Shown here: piece after piece, positions 25,566 to 38,299 of the stretch | Position numbering within the stretch: the stretch's first letter is position 1 | How the letters are laid out: each line of letters begins with the position of its first letter | Assembly (NCBI GenBank): GCA_951406725.2 | Contig: OX597818.1 | Location: 81,158,001-81,222,000, forward strand | From: Octopus vulgaris | Lineage: Eukaryota | Direction of reading: 5' to 3' | DNA length: 64,000 nt | Program-made: the position numbers and the translations under genes | The notes under the pieces: generated by a model | Database searches by the model: none | Seen by the model: only the letters and a program-made list of their open reading frames with translations | Told to the model about the DNA's origin: nothing

Positions 25566-26782
25566 ACATATATCTCCCTGTTTCTGTATCTGTTTATCTG
25601 TTCATCTATCTTTTATTTTACAGAAACCCTCAAGTTCGCTCGCCATTAGTATTAGCCAACACCACTAACACCATCACTACCACCACTACCACCAATGCTA
25701 CCGCCAATGCCACCATCATGACCACGACTGTCAATAAGAAAAATGCCATCTGTACTACCGCTATCATCACCACTAATACTACGACCACCACAATAATAAT
25801 CACTATTACCATACCACTACCAGCACAAGCACTACCATTGTAGATCCTGCTATCTCTACCGCCACCAACATTACAATCACCACCACCGCCGCCGCCACCA
25901 CCGCCACCACTATCAACATTTCTCTGCTAACGATGCCGCAATGAAAATGGCCGATCTATTCAGTAAGCTTGTTTAGTGCACCGTTCTAAACCCGTCTTTT
26001 AACACAGAATTTCAAAAACGAATTTCAATACAAAGTATCTTTTAATCAACTTCGATAGCGGACGAAAAAGAAAATAAATACATAAAATTTGTAAATAAAT
26101 AAATAAAATAATATACAAAGCTAGCTACAAAACGAAAACAACAGAGGAAAACAAAAAAAAAACAACAAACAAAAAAACAAAAAAGAAGCAAAAAAAACTA
26201 ACAACAAAACAAATGTTGAAACGAAATAGAATGAAATGAAATGAGATAAATTATAGAAAAAAAAAACAAAAAGAAAAGAAAGAAAATGTATAGAATATAT
26301 AAATATAAACAAACAAAAACAGAAATATAATTCTTTGTTGTTTTAAAATAACTAACATTGCTACCACCATAATCATCATCATCGTCATCATCATCGTTAT
26401 AAATATTGTTATCAGTCTCAGTCACGTGCCCCATCACAACATCGACTACCATCGCCACCTATAATTAATATATGTGTATAAATATATATAAATATATATA
26501 AATATAATATATATATATATAAACACAATATTTATACATACATATGTGTATATATATTTATATATATATATATATAAATAAATATATATACATACATATA
26601 TATATACGAGGAGAGAGGGAGAGAGGGAGAGAGAGAGACAAGGGTTAAGAACCTTTGCAATTGTGTAGCTTCGGTTTCAGTCCCACTGTGTTGTACGATG
26701 GTCAATCGTCTTCTATAGTCTTCGGCCAACCAACGCCTCGTGAGTGAAATTAATAGACAAAAACTGTGTTGAAGCTCATCAA

Positions 26783-26856
<74 letters not shown>

Positions 26857-27019
26857 GTGTGTGTACGCATATATGTGTCACTTTGTGTTTGTCCCCGCCA
26901 TCACTTTACAATCAGTGTTAGTGTGTTTATGTCCCTATAACTTAGTGGTCCAGCAAAGGAGACCGCTAGAATAAGTACCATACTTATATATATATAAAAG
27001 TCTATTCTGTATTGCATGT

Positions 27020-27240
27020 AATGTATTTTAGCGTTTTACACTGACTTCTGGCAAATGCATGGTCAAACGATGGGATATTCCTGTTGCATGACACAAAGTA
27101 TTTAATTTGTGAAGCTTACAACTTTCATGTATGCACTGGAACTTATTAATTATATAACATTTGTAACATTTATGAATCGAATCGCTACGTTGGTCATACA
27201 AGTACTCCCCTGTCGTTTGACTATGCATTTATAACAAGGA
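27020..27240 (-). mobile_element. Possible heavily decayed Helitron Rep fragment
   Basis: The minus peptide HRLTMHLPE resembles the Helitron V-x-RL-x-VHLP motif, but the support is very short. Confidence 0.25.
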
Positions 27241-27399
27241 TTCATCGCAACTTGAATATTGTACTTGAGAGAGCTCCGAAACTAAAAGGGAAAATGTATT
27301 GAGAAAAGCTAATGTAAAAAATCGGTAACAATATATTTGTGAATTTATGTTGCTGCTGGATACTAATAGACACATATTTATTCGAACGAGTATTACGGG

Positions 27400-27620
27400 C
27401 CGGAAGGCGATGAGCTGGGAGAATCGTTAGCACGCCGGGAAAATTACTTGGCAGCATTTCGTCCGTCCTTACGTTTTGAGTTCAAATTCCGCCAAGGTCA
27501 CTTTGCTTTTTATCCTTTCGGTGTCGATGCAATTAAGTATCAGTTACGCACTGGGGTCGATATAATAGAGTAACCCCCACCCCCAAATTCCAGGCCTTGT
27601 GACTTTATTGGAAAGGATTG
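27400..27620 (+). mobile_element. tRNA-derived SINE family B (Nin-domain-like)
   Basis: ggcgatgagctgggagaatcgttagcacgccgg...gagttcaaattccgcc...tttatcctttcggtgtcgat. Further copies at ~32710-32920(-), 35495-35685(-), 37350-37565(-), 41610-41835(+), 42560-42765(-), 42835-43045(-), 48508-48675(+) and 50410-50805(+). Confidence 0.8.
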
Positions 27621-28200
27621 TATTGTTACGAGCCGGGTAATTATATTTTATACTACTGTCGCTGCAGTTCATTTTGACAAACATTTTGAAGTTAATAATC
27701 ATCATCACCATTATCATCACTTTCAATATTATTATTATAATTCTGACGAGGATGTTTCTAAAAAGCTATAATGATGATGATATTAACAGGATCATATTCA
27801 TCGTTATCCTCCTCCTCCTCCTTACCACCACCACCACCACCACCACCACTATCATCGTCATTCTGCAAATGAATATTATCACAAAAGATATACCGATATT
27901 GGTATTGATAATAATGATGTTGATGATATCTTTTGTAACGACGACGACGGCGACGATGGTTATAGTGATGATGATTGTGATAAATTTTTATTGAAAGTTT
28001 TCAATATTTAGCGTGACGTCTGCAAAGTTTTCTATTGCAAAAAAACCTATGGATTTCGTATTTCTAAAGAATTGTAAGCAATGTCTCGTCTCTTAACGTT
28101 TATTCTTTAAGTTATAATATTTCTTGCACTATCACCAACCCACCAACCACCACTACCACTATAATCTTCCCCTTTACACTCAATACCATCACTGACTTCC

Positions 28201-28283
<83 letters not shown>

Positions 28284-28412
28284 GCTGCTGCTGCTACTGC
28301 TACTGCTACGGCTACTGCTGCTGCAACTAATGCTAGCACTATCGACAACAATCTCTACCATCGCTGGAATGTCTTCTATTGTATTAACATCAACATATGC
28401 GCCACCTGCTAC

Positions 28413-28467
<55 letters not shown>

Positions 28468-28721
28468 GTATGTGTGTGTGTGTCTGTGTGTGTGTATGTG
28501 TGTATATTTATATATATGTATATACATATATATATACATATACATACATATATACAAAAATGTACATATATGTATATATATATATGTATATATATATCTA
28601 TATATGTATATATATATATGTATATATATATATATGTACATATGGATATATATATATGTGTTTCTCTCTCTATATATGTATATACATGCGTACATACATC
28701 CATACACACACATGCACACAC

Positions 28722-30493
28722 ATCGTCTTCTAAGAGTTATACGTTCTTGTCCATGTTGTATTTTTCTACATACCTTAACATATATTCCAGGCGCCACGCA
28801 CCCTCTTAACATTAATGTGAGCACATATTCTTAATAACTGGTACGACTCTTTGTTTGTCTCTCTCTCTCTCTCACTTTTACTTGATCTGTCCCCTTCTCT
28901 CTCTACTCATCCTCTTTTTCTCTTCTCTTTCCTCTGATTCTTTGGTCTAATCTTCCACTACCCTCCTATTTCTTTGTCTCGCTCTGCACTCACAGGTCGC
29001 TCTTCGACACCCATCCCTTCTCCTCTCTGATTCCTTCTTTCTCTCTCTTCTCGCTCTTTGTCGCGTTTGTCCCTCCTCTCTCTCTCTCCTCTCTCTCTCT
29101 CTTCCGTTGCTTCTCTTTCTTTTCTTTTCTCTCTTCCCTGTCACGTGACTGCTGGCCGAAATCTGCCTTTCAGCTTCTGACCAGCGTCGTGTTAACATCG
29201 TTGTTTTTCGTCCGCCGCTATAGGCATCGCCGATAAGGCTCCTTTCCTTGCGCCAGAGAAAAAATTTGTTTGCTTGTTATCAGTCGTAAGACACTTGTTG
29301 TTTTCACCGTTAATGCTTCTGTATTTCATGTTTCTGTATTCCATTATGTTTTTGTTTTTTTATATTCGTCCCTTTTGCTGTCCTGGTGTCCGTATGCATT
29401 CGATCCTTCTTCCAGGAAATCTACGCTCCCAGCTTAGTTTTTCTAATGCTCGTTGCTTAGTTTTTCTTGGAGGGCTGGCCGTGATCTAGTAATCTCAAGA
29501 TTAATCAGCCGAAATTACTACGATGATCCGGTTCTTGACTGAAGACTGAGGGTTTCGAATGTCCTGTCCGTGTTTATTGTATCGTCTTCTAAGAGTTATA
29601 CGTTCTTGTCCATGTTGTATTTTTCTACATACCTTAACATATATTCCAGGCGCCACGCACCCTCTTAACATTAATGTGAGCACATATTCTTAATAACTGG
29701 TACGACTCTTTGTTTGTCTCTCTCTCTCTCTCACTTTTACTTGATCTGTCCCCTTCTCTCTCTACTCATCCTCTTTTTCTCTTCTCTTTCCTCTGATTCT
29801 TTGGTCTAATCTTCCACTACCCTCCTATTTCTTTGTCTCGCTCTGCACTCACAGGTCGCTCTTCGACACCCATCCCTTCTCCTCTCTGATTCCTTCTTTC
29901 TCTCTCTTCTCGCTCTTTGTCGCGTTTGTCCCTCCTCTCTCTCTCTCCTCTCTCTCTCTCTTCCGTTGCTTCTCTTTCTTTTCTTTTCTCTCTTCCCTGT
30001 CACGTGACTGCTGGCCGAAATCTGCCTTTCAGCTTCTGACCAGCGTCGTGTTAACATCGTTGTTTTTCGTCCGCCGCTATAGGCATCGCCGATAAGGCTC
30101 CTTTCCTTGCGCCAGAGAAAAAATTTGTTTGCTTGTTATCAGTCGTAAGACACTTGTTGTTGTTTTCACCGTTAATGCTTCTGTATTTCATGTTTCTGTA
30201 TTCCATTATTTTTTTGTTTTTTTATATTCGTCCCTTTTGCTGTCCTGGTGTCCGTATGCATTCGATCCTTCTTCCAGGAAATCTACGCTCCCAGCTTAGT
30301 TTTTCTAATGCTCGTTGCTTAGTTTTTCTTGGAGGGCTGGCCGTGATCTAGTAATCTCAAGATTACTCAGCCGAAATTACTACGATGATCCGGTTCTTGA
30401 CTGAAGACTGAGGGTTTCGAATGTCCTGTCCGTGTTTATTGTATCGTCTTCTAAGAGTTATACGTTCTTGTCCATGTTGTATTTTTCTACATA
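28722..30493. repeat. Head-to-tail tandem duplication, ~860-bp unit x 2 plus ~50 bp
   Basis: atcgtcttctaagagttatacg occurs at 28722, 29581 and 30443. The units differ at only ~3 sites, and the 3' part of the unit is related to 21320-21550. Confidence 0.95.
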
Positions 30494-30498
30494 CATTA

Positions 30499-30542
<44 letters not shown>

Positions 30543-30787
30543 CATGTATGTAAAAATATACAGAAGGTTATACAGTCAGACACACGCATACACAGTACAT
30601 GCACACTCACTCGCACACGTTATTCTTTTCCCGCTAAAGAAGGTCTACTGAATAGAAGAGATACATGATGCAGAGTTAGTATTAATTAGGTGTCAGTTGG
30701 TGAGACTTAGCTTCTTTCACGCAACCTGCGTTAAATCCAGCAACAAGAAAACGTTATATATACTGATATATATATATATATATATAT

Positions 30788-30984
30788 ATTTATTTTATAG
30801 AAGGAGCTTTACCGGACTAGAACTGTTTCATTCAAAAGAAATCACCAGGAAGCAGCTTCCTGATGATTTCTTTTGAATGAAACAGTTCTAGTCCTGTAGA
30901 AGCTCCTTCTATAAAATAAATTAATTTACTCTGCTATGTATTGAGTACCTTATTTACTGTGGTTAACCCCGACTCAACCCGGGA

Positions 30985-30990
<6 letters not shown>
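30788..30990. mobile_element. Palindrome (30788-30921) with hammerhead-like core, Penelope-like terminal remnant
   Basis: Near-perfect inverted repeat centred at 30854. The + arm has CUGAUGA-u-UUC(UUUU)GAA-u-GAAA-CAGUU (30860-30887), then AATAAA and an unpaired tail. Stem I is unclear. Confidence 0.6.
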
Positions 30991-31033
<43 letters not shown>

Positions 31034-31575
31034 GTGTGTGTATATATATTCGTATATATTTATAGATATCTGCTACTATTTTCTCCTCTTCTATTTATTC
31101 TATATCCTTTCAAAATTTCTCCTAGGCGTTATCCATTACATTGCGTCTTAGCCTAACGGCGCTTAATGTTCGTCTTCGTCGATTGTTTACTCTGTACGTC
31201 CACTCCGTTGCTGTGTGTTCGTTCGAAGCCCTAACTTTCCACGAATTTTATATTTTTAAAGTTTCTGGATGCTGCTATCTTATGAAGTTTTCCTATCTTG
31301 TCGTTGAAAGCTCGAAATAGGGAGTAATAAACCAGTCGACAACTGAGGAGGTGTAGACGTTATTTGGTATTTTGTCCCGTTCTTGTCTCTCGCTATGTGT
31401 TTACATATTTTTCACTTGTTGCTAGTGTTCTGTACTTACTGTGTATATTTTGGTATTTTGTTCTGTACTTCATGTGTATTTTCTATTTTATTTATTTATA
31501 ATCGAACGCCATACACCCTTGCCCATACATATATATGTACATATATATATAATATATATATATATAACATATATA

Positions 31576-32301
31576 TATATATATTTGTAAAAAAGAAGTT
31601 TGAAAATGCCACTATATTAGATAAATTTTAATTTTTACATGTTTCGGTTCTTGAAATAACGAACCTTATCAAAAAGAATTTTTTTATAATAAAGAGTATA
31701 ATGGAATAGTTCATAATTGTTTCATACATTCAATAGAGTCCATGCTATATACATAAAAAGTATAATGGAACAGTCCATGCTATATACATTCAATAGAATC
31801 CATGTTCTTGAAAAGGCGAAAAATATATTATAAGGTATAAGTCGTTCCTTACTGTTTTGTCAAGTGTAGTGCAGGAGTTCATTATAGACTTTACCTTGTG
31901 TTCCGATGGGAGCAATAGTAGTGATTCTTGGTTGTCGACTCCCATCGGAACACAAGGTAAAATCTATAATGAACTCCTGCACTACACTTGACAAAACAAT
32001 AAGGAACGACTTATACCTTATAATATATTTTTCGCCTTTTCAAGAACATGGATTCTATTGAATGTATATAGCATGGACTCTATTGAATGTATGTAACAAT
32101 TATGAACTGTTCCATTATACTTTTTATGTATACAGCATGGACTCTATTGAATGTATGAAACAATTATGAACTATTCCATTATACTCTTTATTATAAAAAA
32201 TTATTTTTGATAAGGTTCGTTATTTCAAGAACCGAAACATGTAAAAATTAAAATTTATCTAATATAGTGGCATTTTCAAACTTCTTTTTTACAAATATAT
32301 A
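31576..32301. mobile_element. ~725-bp palindrome: inverted pair of Penelope-like 3' ends with U3-A8 hammerheads
   Basis: Arms are ~335 bp around a spacer at ~31912-31938. The + arm reads UUU-UUGAUAA-GGUUC(10 nt)GAACC-GAAA-CAUG-UA-AAA (32204-32246), mirrored at 31633-31675. NTR/KSIMNSC near the centre resembles the LNxRxE..C-H end of PLE ORFs. Confidence 0.75.
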
Positions 32302-32324
32302 CCCACTCGTATACGATCTAATCT

Positions 32325-32364
<40 letters not shown>

Positions 32365-32481
32365 TGTAGCATATGTACAAGATTCTTTTTTGTTTCTGGG
32401 GAAAATGGAAAAATAAGAGTGAATATTTATTTTATGAGTGCTGTGTATTAAGTCTATAAAATTGTCGCTAAAGTATATAAA

Positions 32482-32523
<42 letters not shown>

Positions 32524-32916
32524 GGCATTAAGTAGTCATCGTATTCCAATTTCTTTCACTTTTCAATGAGTAGCAGATGAGCGTCTATCTTCCCCTACAG
32601 ACACATCAGCTACACTTTCAGGTGTTTTGGGATAAAGTTTTCAGAAATAACCCAATAGGTTTACCATTAATTCCGTGAAATATTCACAGGTTTCGCTAGT
32701 GATAATAATTCTACTACAAGCACAAAGCCTGAAATTTGGGGAGGGGGATTAGTCGATTACATTAACCCCAGTGTTTTACTGGTGCTTAATTTATCGACCC
32801 CCAAAAGGAGGAAAAGCAAAGTGGACCTCAGCGGAATATGAACTCAAACTGTGGCGAGAGGCGAAATACCGCTAAGCATTTCGCCCGGTTGCTAATGATT
32901 CTGTCAGCTCGCTGCC

Positions 32917-32950
<34 letters not shown>

Positions 32951-32987
32951 TAATAATAATAATAATAATAATAATGATAATAATAAT

Positions 32988-33049
<62 letters not shown>

Positions 33050-33079
33050 TAATAATAATAATAATAATAATGATGATAA

Positions 33080-35480
33080 TATGGGAAAGGAAAAGGTGAA
33101 AAAGCCTTGTCGGATGCTGAGGAAAGCAAAAGATTCTGGTCAAACATATTGTTTCAGGAGAAACAACACGAACCTGAAGCAGAGTGGTTAAAGACACTCA
33201 AAGAGGAGAGTGAAGACTATCAGGAGGAGGATTTGAGAATAACCGAGGAGATGATTAGTGATCAGTACAGAAAAATTCCTAATTGGAAAGCGCCTGGCCC
33301 AGATGGGGTTCAGGGCTTTTGGTTTAAAACCTTGACAGGTCTGCACAGGAGAATTGCGAGACTGATGGACGAAATACTGAGTAGTGACATCCAAGTACCG
33401 GCCTGGATGACAAAAGGAAGAACGGTGCAATACCAGAAGGACCCAAGTAAAGATAATGCGGTTGGAAATTTCCGACCAATATCTTGCTTGCCGCTGATGT
33501 GGAAACTGATGACGGGCATCGTATCAAACAGCATCTATAAGTACCTAGATGAGACGACCTGCTACCAGTGGAACAAAAAAGGTGCAGACGTAAGAGCAGA
33601 CGAACGAAGGATAAATTACTAATCGATAAGACTATCCTGGCTGACTGCAAGAAGAGATACAAAATTTGGCGATGGCATGAGTGGATTACAGGAAAGCATA
33701 TGACATGGTCCCAAACTTGTGGATTATTGAATGCCTTAAACTGCTTAAGGTCTCCCACAATATACAAAACTCAATGACAATGTGGCGAACTGAACTCCCA
33801 GCACGGGGAGATAAGCTGGGAGAGGTAAATATCAAAAGAGGAAGCTTTCAAGGTGATAGTCTGTTGCTTCTCCTATTCATTGTCTGCATACTACCACTAG
33901 CGAGCGTTTTAAGAAAGATGCGTGTGGGGTACATGCTAGGGAGGGTGAAAGAAAAATCCTGTGGTTTATGGATAACCTAAAGCTATTCGCTAAGACTGAG
34001 AAAGAAACTTGGAGTTTGACGGCAACTGTGCAGATGATTAACAAAGATATTGGCATGGAATCTGGAATCGAGAAATGTGGTGTAATGATTCTCAAAAGGG
34101 GGAAAATCAGTAAAAAGCCATGGGATCAAGTTGGAAAGTAATGAAACCATAAAGAAAGTCGGAGAGGAAGGATAAACGTACCTGGGTATCATTGAAAGAG
34201 ATAAGATGAATGAACACAAGATGAAAGAAATGTACACGAAAGAGTATTTGAGGAGAACTCGGTTTGTGCTCCAATCGAAGCTAATTGGCAGCTATAAGAT
34301 TAGAGCAATTAATACGAGGGCTGTTACTTTGATGAGATATAGGGCAGGAATAGTATCTTGGAAGAAGCATGAATTACAAGAGATAGACCGGAGAACAGGT
34401 AAACTAATGACAACGAACAAAGAACTACACCCTAAGAGTAATGTGTCAAGATTGTATGTAAAGAGGAAAGAAGGAGGAAGGGGATTGGTGTGTTGTGAAG
34501 GTTTTGTAAGCGAAGAGGAGAATAGCCTGGCTAGGTATGTCAAGGAGAGTAAAGTAGAAATGATTGAAGCAGTGAAAATGCAGGGAACCTTAAAAGTGAA
34601 GGAAGCCGTAGATCCAACACAATTTAAGAAAGACCAAAGAGAGTGGATGAAAATTTGGCAGGCCCAGAAAATGCACAGTCAGTTCTTGAAAAATAAGGAT
34701 GATATTAATTGGAATAGAACCTGGCAATGGCTGAATAAAGGAGACTTAAAAGGGCCCACTGAGGCATTAGTGTGCAGCGTTCAATAACAAGCCCTCAGAA
34801 GAAACTATTCCAAATATTACATTGATAAAAGCACTGACTCGCCACAGTGTAGGATATACTCTGAGAAGGAAAAAAGTATAAAACATATTGTTAGTGAGTG
34901 CTGCCAGCTCGTTCAATGCGAATATGAAAGGAGATATGTCCATGGGCTGTTCTGCGGTAAAGCAAACCTCGAGAGAGACGAACAATAGTATGAACACAAG
35001 CTAGAGGGAATAATGGAAAACGAACATTACAAAATACTCTGGGATTTTAACATGCAGTGCGACCAAGTCGTAGAGGAGAGACGACCAGATATCGTGCTCA
35101 TCTATAAAGAGGAAAAAGAAGTAAAGATAATAGACATTACAATACCAGGCGATTCGAGGGTAGAATGTAAGGAAACAGAAAAGATTGAGAAATACCAGAT
35201 ACTGCGGGACGAGACAGGAAAGTTATGGGGCATGAGGAAAGTAATGGCGATACCGGTGATAACTGGAACATTAGGCGCAGTTTCCAGGGGCTTTGAAAAA
35301 CATATTAAGAATATTGGAACTGCTGTCAGGCTCGAAGTGATCCAGAAGACAGCATTGTTGGGTACAGCTCGCATTCTATGGAGAGTATTGTCTCTTCGAG
35401 TCATAGGAGAAGGCACTACTTGAAACCTTTAGTGATTTGTTATTGCCTGCTTTCAAGTAACGAATAACTGGTAATTAAGA
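33080..35480 (+). mobile_element. R4/Dong-clade non-LTR retrotransposon (RT + RLE), 5'-truncated and frameshifted
   Basis: Motifs WKAPGPDG, NFRPISCL, DYRKAYDMV, FQGDSL, RLYVKRKEGGRGL, ILWDF, RRPDIV, EKIEKY and IQKTALLGTARIL are spread over several frames. The element begins directly after (AAT)n. Confidence 0.9.
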
Positions 35481-35706
35481 ACTGCCACAAGAGCAGCCAC
35501 TTTGGGGGAGGGGACTAGTCGATTACATCGACTCCAGTGTATAACTGGTACTTAATTTATCGACCCCGAAAGGATGAAAAGCTCAGTCGACCTCGGCGGA
35601 TTTTGAACCCAGAACGTAGCGACAGACGAAATATCGCTAAGCATTTCGCCCGGTGTGCTAACGATTCTGCCAGCTCGCCGCCTTAACAACAACAATAACA
35701 ACCACA

Positions 35707-35785
<79 letters not shown>

Positions 35786-35786
35786 G

Positions 35787-36125
35787 GGGAGCATCATAGC
35801 CATGTGTTGAGAAGGATTCTTTGGGGTTTGAATAATTCACCTCTGGAAACATGGGTGTTTCGTTCAACGTCCTTAAACAACCCTTATTCAGGGACCTTTT
35901 GAGCGGGATGGGTTACTCGATCTGAAGAAAATTCAAGATAAACAGCCCCACCTGCAAGGTCATGTGCTGTTTATCTTGATATGAGATCACCATGTCGCGC
36001 ACATATGGTTGTGATGCATGTGCCTGGTGTACCCTTATCAGACGGGTAGTCATGATGGGTATACTGGGCTTCGTATATTTTACCCCAGTGTCACTTTGAT
36101 GGCATGCTCTGCTCGCTCACTCAAT
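35787..36125 (+). mobile_element. Non-coding (AAT)n-embedded interspersed element (family E), partial
   Basis: gcatcatagccatgtgttgag...ccagtgtcactttgatggcatgc...tcactc+(AAT)n, also at 43095-43560(+), 48745-48925(-) and 62268-62835(-). Confidence 0.85.
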
Positions 36126-36444
36126 AATAATAATAATAATAACAACAACAAGAGCACTCTGAAAGTGCAAACCTCCGCCAAGGCAACATCAACGTTCTCT
36201 CAACGATTAGCCAGAGATGGTTTTTAAAATGAGAATATCTGAAATATACCCGACTGCTCTCACAAACGAGACTACTAAAAATGAACCCGACCGCTCTCAA
36301 AATATAACTAAAAGAATCGAAAAAATAATCCAGAATCCTTGTCCGGTACCTAATCGACCCCAATGATAGTTATGGAATGTAAAGATGGCTGTAGAAAATT
36401 TAGTAATAGTAATAAATAGTTTATCCTTATGTAATACAAACCAA

Positions 36445-36810
36445 TTGATGTGTGGAAGCACTCCGTCGGTTACGACGATGAGGGTTCCAGTTGATCCGAT
36501 CAACGGAACAGCCTGCTCGTGAAATTAACGTGTAAGTGGCTTTAACGTGTGTACCCTTAACGCAGTTCTCGGGGATATTCAGCGTGACACAGAGAGTGAC
36601 AAGGCCGGCCCTTTGAAATACAGGTACAACAGAAACAGGAAGTTGTGGTGAAAGAGTACAGCAGGGATCACCACCATCCCTGCCGGAGCCTCGTGGAGCT
36701 TTAGGTGTTTTCGCTCAATAAACACTCACAACGCCCGGTCTGGGAATCGAAACCGCGATCCTACGACCGCGAGTCCGCTGCCCTAACCACTGGGCCATTG
36801 CGCCTCCACT
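36445..36810 (-). mobile_element. tRNA-derived SINE family C
   Basis: Minus-strand head gtggaggcgcaatggcccagtggttagggcagcggactcgcggtcgtaggatcgcggtttcgattccc contains A and B boxes, followed by a non-tRNA body. Confidence 0.8.
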
Positions 36811-37261
36811 GATGTATAGATGTATGTATATATATATATATAAGTATACTGTAAAGTGTCAATATGTATGTATAAGATATATAATATATCTATTATAAAA
36901 ATATGTTAGTATTATTTAATTTCAGAACACTTCTATTGCTGTTTCTTCATGTAGTTTGATTTCTTTATCCGTCAGTTTCTAATAAGGGACGCGAGTAAAA
37001 TTGATAATAGAGAAACGAAAATAAAACTTAAGAAACAGCCTAAAGGGATATAATTGTGAAAGACTTGAAAGTCAACGTAAGAGCGCAATCATGCAATGTA
37101 AATTAAATATAGTAAATGATCCAAAATTCTTTTCCGCTGCCGGATCGATCCCAAAATCTAATGAGACCGTGCCAGTCTCGAGGCCAAACATATCTTGAGA
37201 TATCTTATCCACAGTCAAACAAACAAAAGCGACTGAAAACTTCGCTAAGGCGGAATTAAAT

Positions 37262-37350
<89 letters not shown>

Positions 37351-37561
37351 GCCTTTCTACTACAGGCACAAAGCCTGAAATTTGGGGGAGGAGATAGTCA
37401 ATTACATCGACCCCAGTGCCTAACTGATACTTATTTAATCGATCTCCAAAGGATGAAAAGCAAAGTCGACCTCGGTGGAATTTGAATTCAGAACGTAGCG
37501 ATGGGCGGAATACCGCTAAGCATTCCGTCCAGCGTGCCAGCAATTCTGCCAGCTCGCCACC

Positions 37562-37648
<87 letters not shown>

Positions 37649-37649
37649 T

Positions 37650-38205
37650 ACGCCATGACAATGTAGCAAGAATGATCCATTGAGAGCTCTGTGGAAATTA
37701 CAGCCTACAGAGAGCAAAGATGTGTCCAGAAGGAGTCACCGAAAATGAGAATTACAAAATCTTGTGGGATGCAATGATCCACTGCGCTCACCTGACCAGA
37801 CATCGGAAACCGGACATTGTTGTGGTGAATAAAAAACAAAGAACATGTATGATAATGGACATAGCATGCACCGGTGACATCAGTATCAATATGAAAGAAG
37901 AAATAATAAACAACTAGGATGATTTAAGGTGGGAAATACGAAGGTTGTGGTCAATGGAGAGAGTAGATGTGATACCAATAGTAATTGGTGCACTTGGAAG
38001 TATCAACACTCAACAATCAACATGGTTGAAAAAGATCAGTGTAAGTGTCAAGGTAGAACACCTACAAATATCAGCATTGCTTGGAACTGCAAGAATTCTT
38101 CGCAAGGTTCTTGAAGCATGACCAGTTAAACAAGTGTCACCTTAGTCTGCTGGGTGTGGACAGCTGACACTTTCCATCATACCCAACAATATAAGCTGTG
38201 AGTTT
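37650..38205 (+). mobile_element. R4/Dong LINE 3' fragment (RLE domain)
   Basis: RHDNVARMIH, ENENYKILWD, RKPDIVV and SALLGTARILRKVL, flanked by (AAT)n/(AAC)n. Confidence 0.85.
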
Positions 38206-38209
38206 TAAT

Positions 38210-38292
<83 letters not shown>

Positions 38293-38299
38293 CAGACAT

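Noticed and set aside
29535-29570. Hammerhead in the tandem unit (CUGAAGA...GAAUGUC)
   Set aside because: GAAA, stem I and stem III cannot all be formed, so it was not counted.
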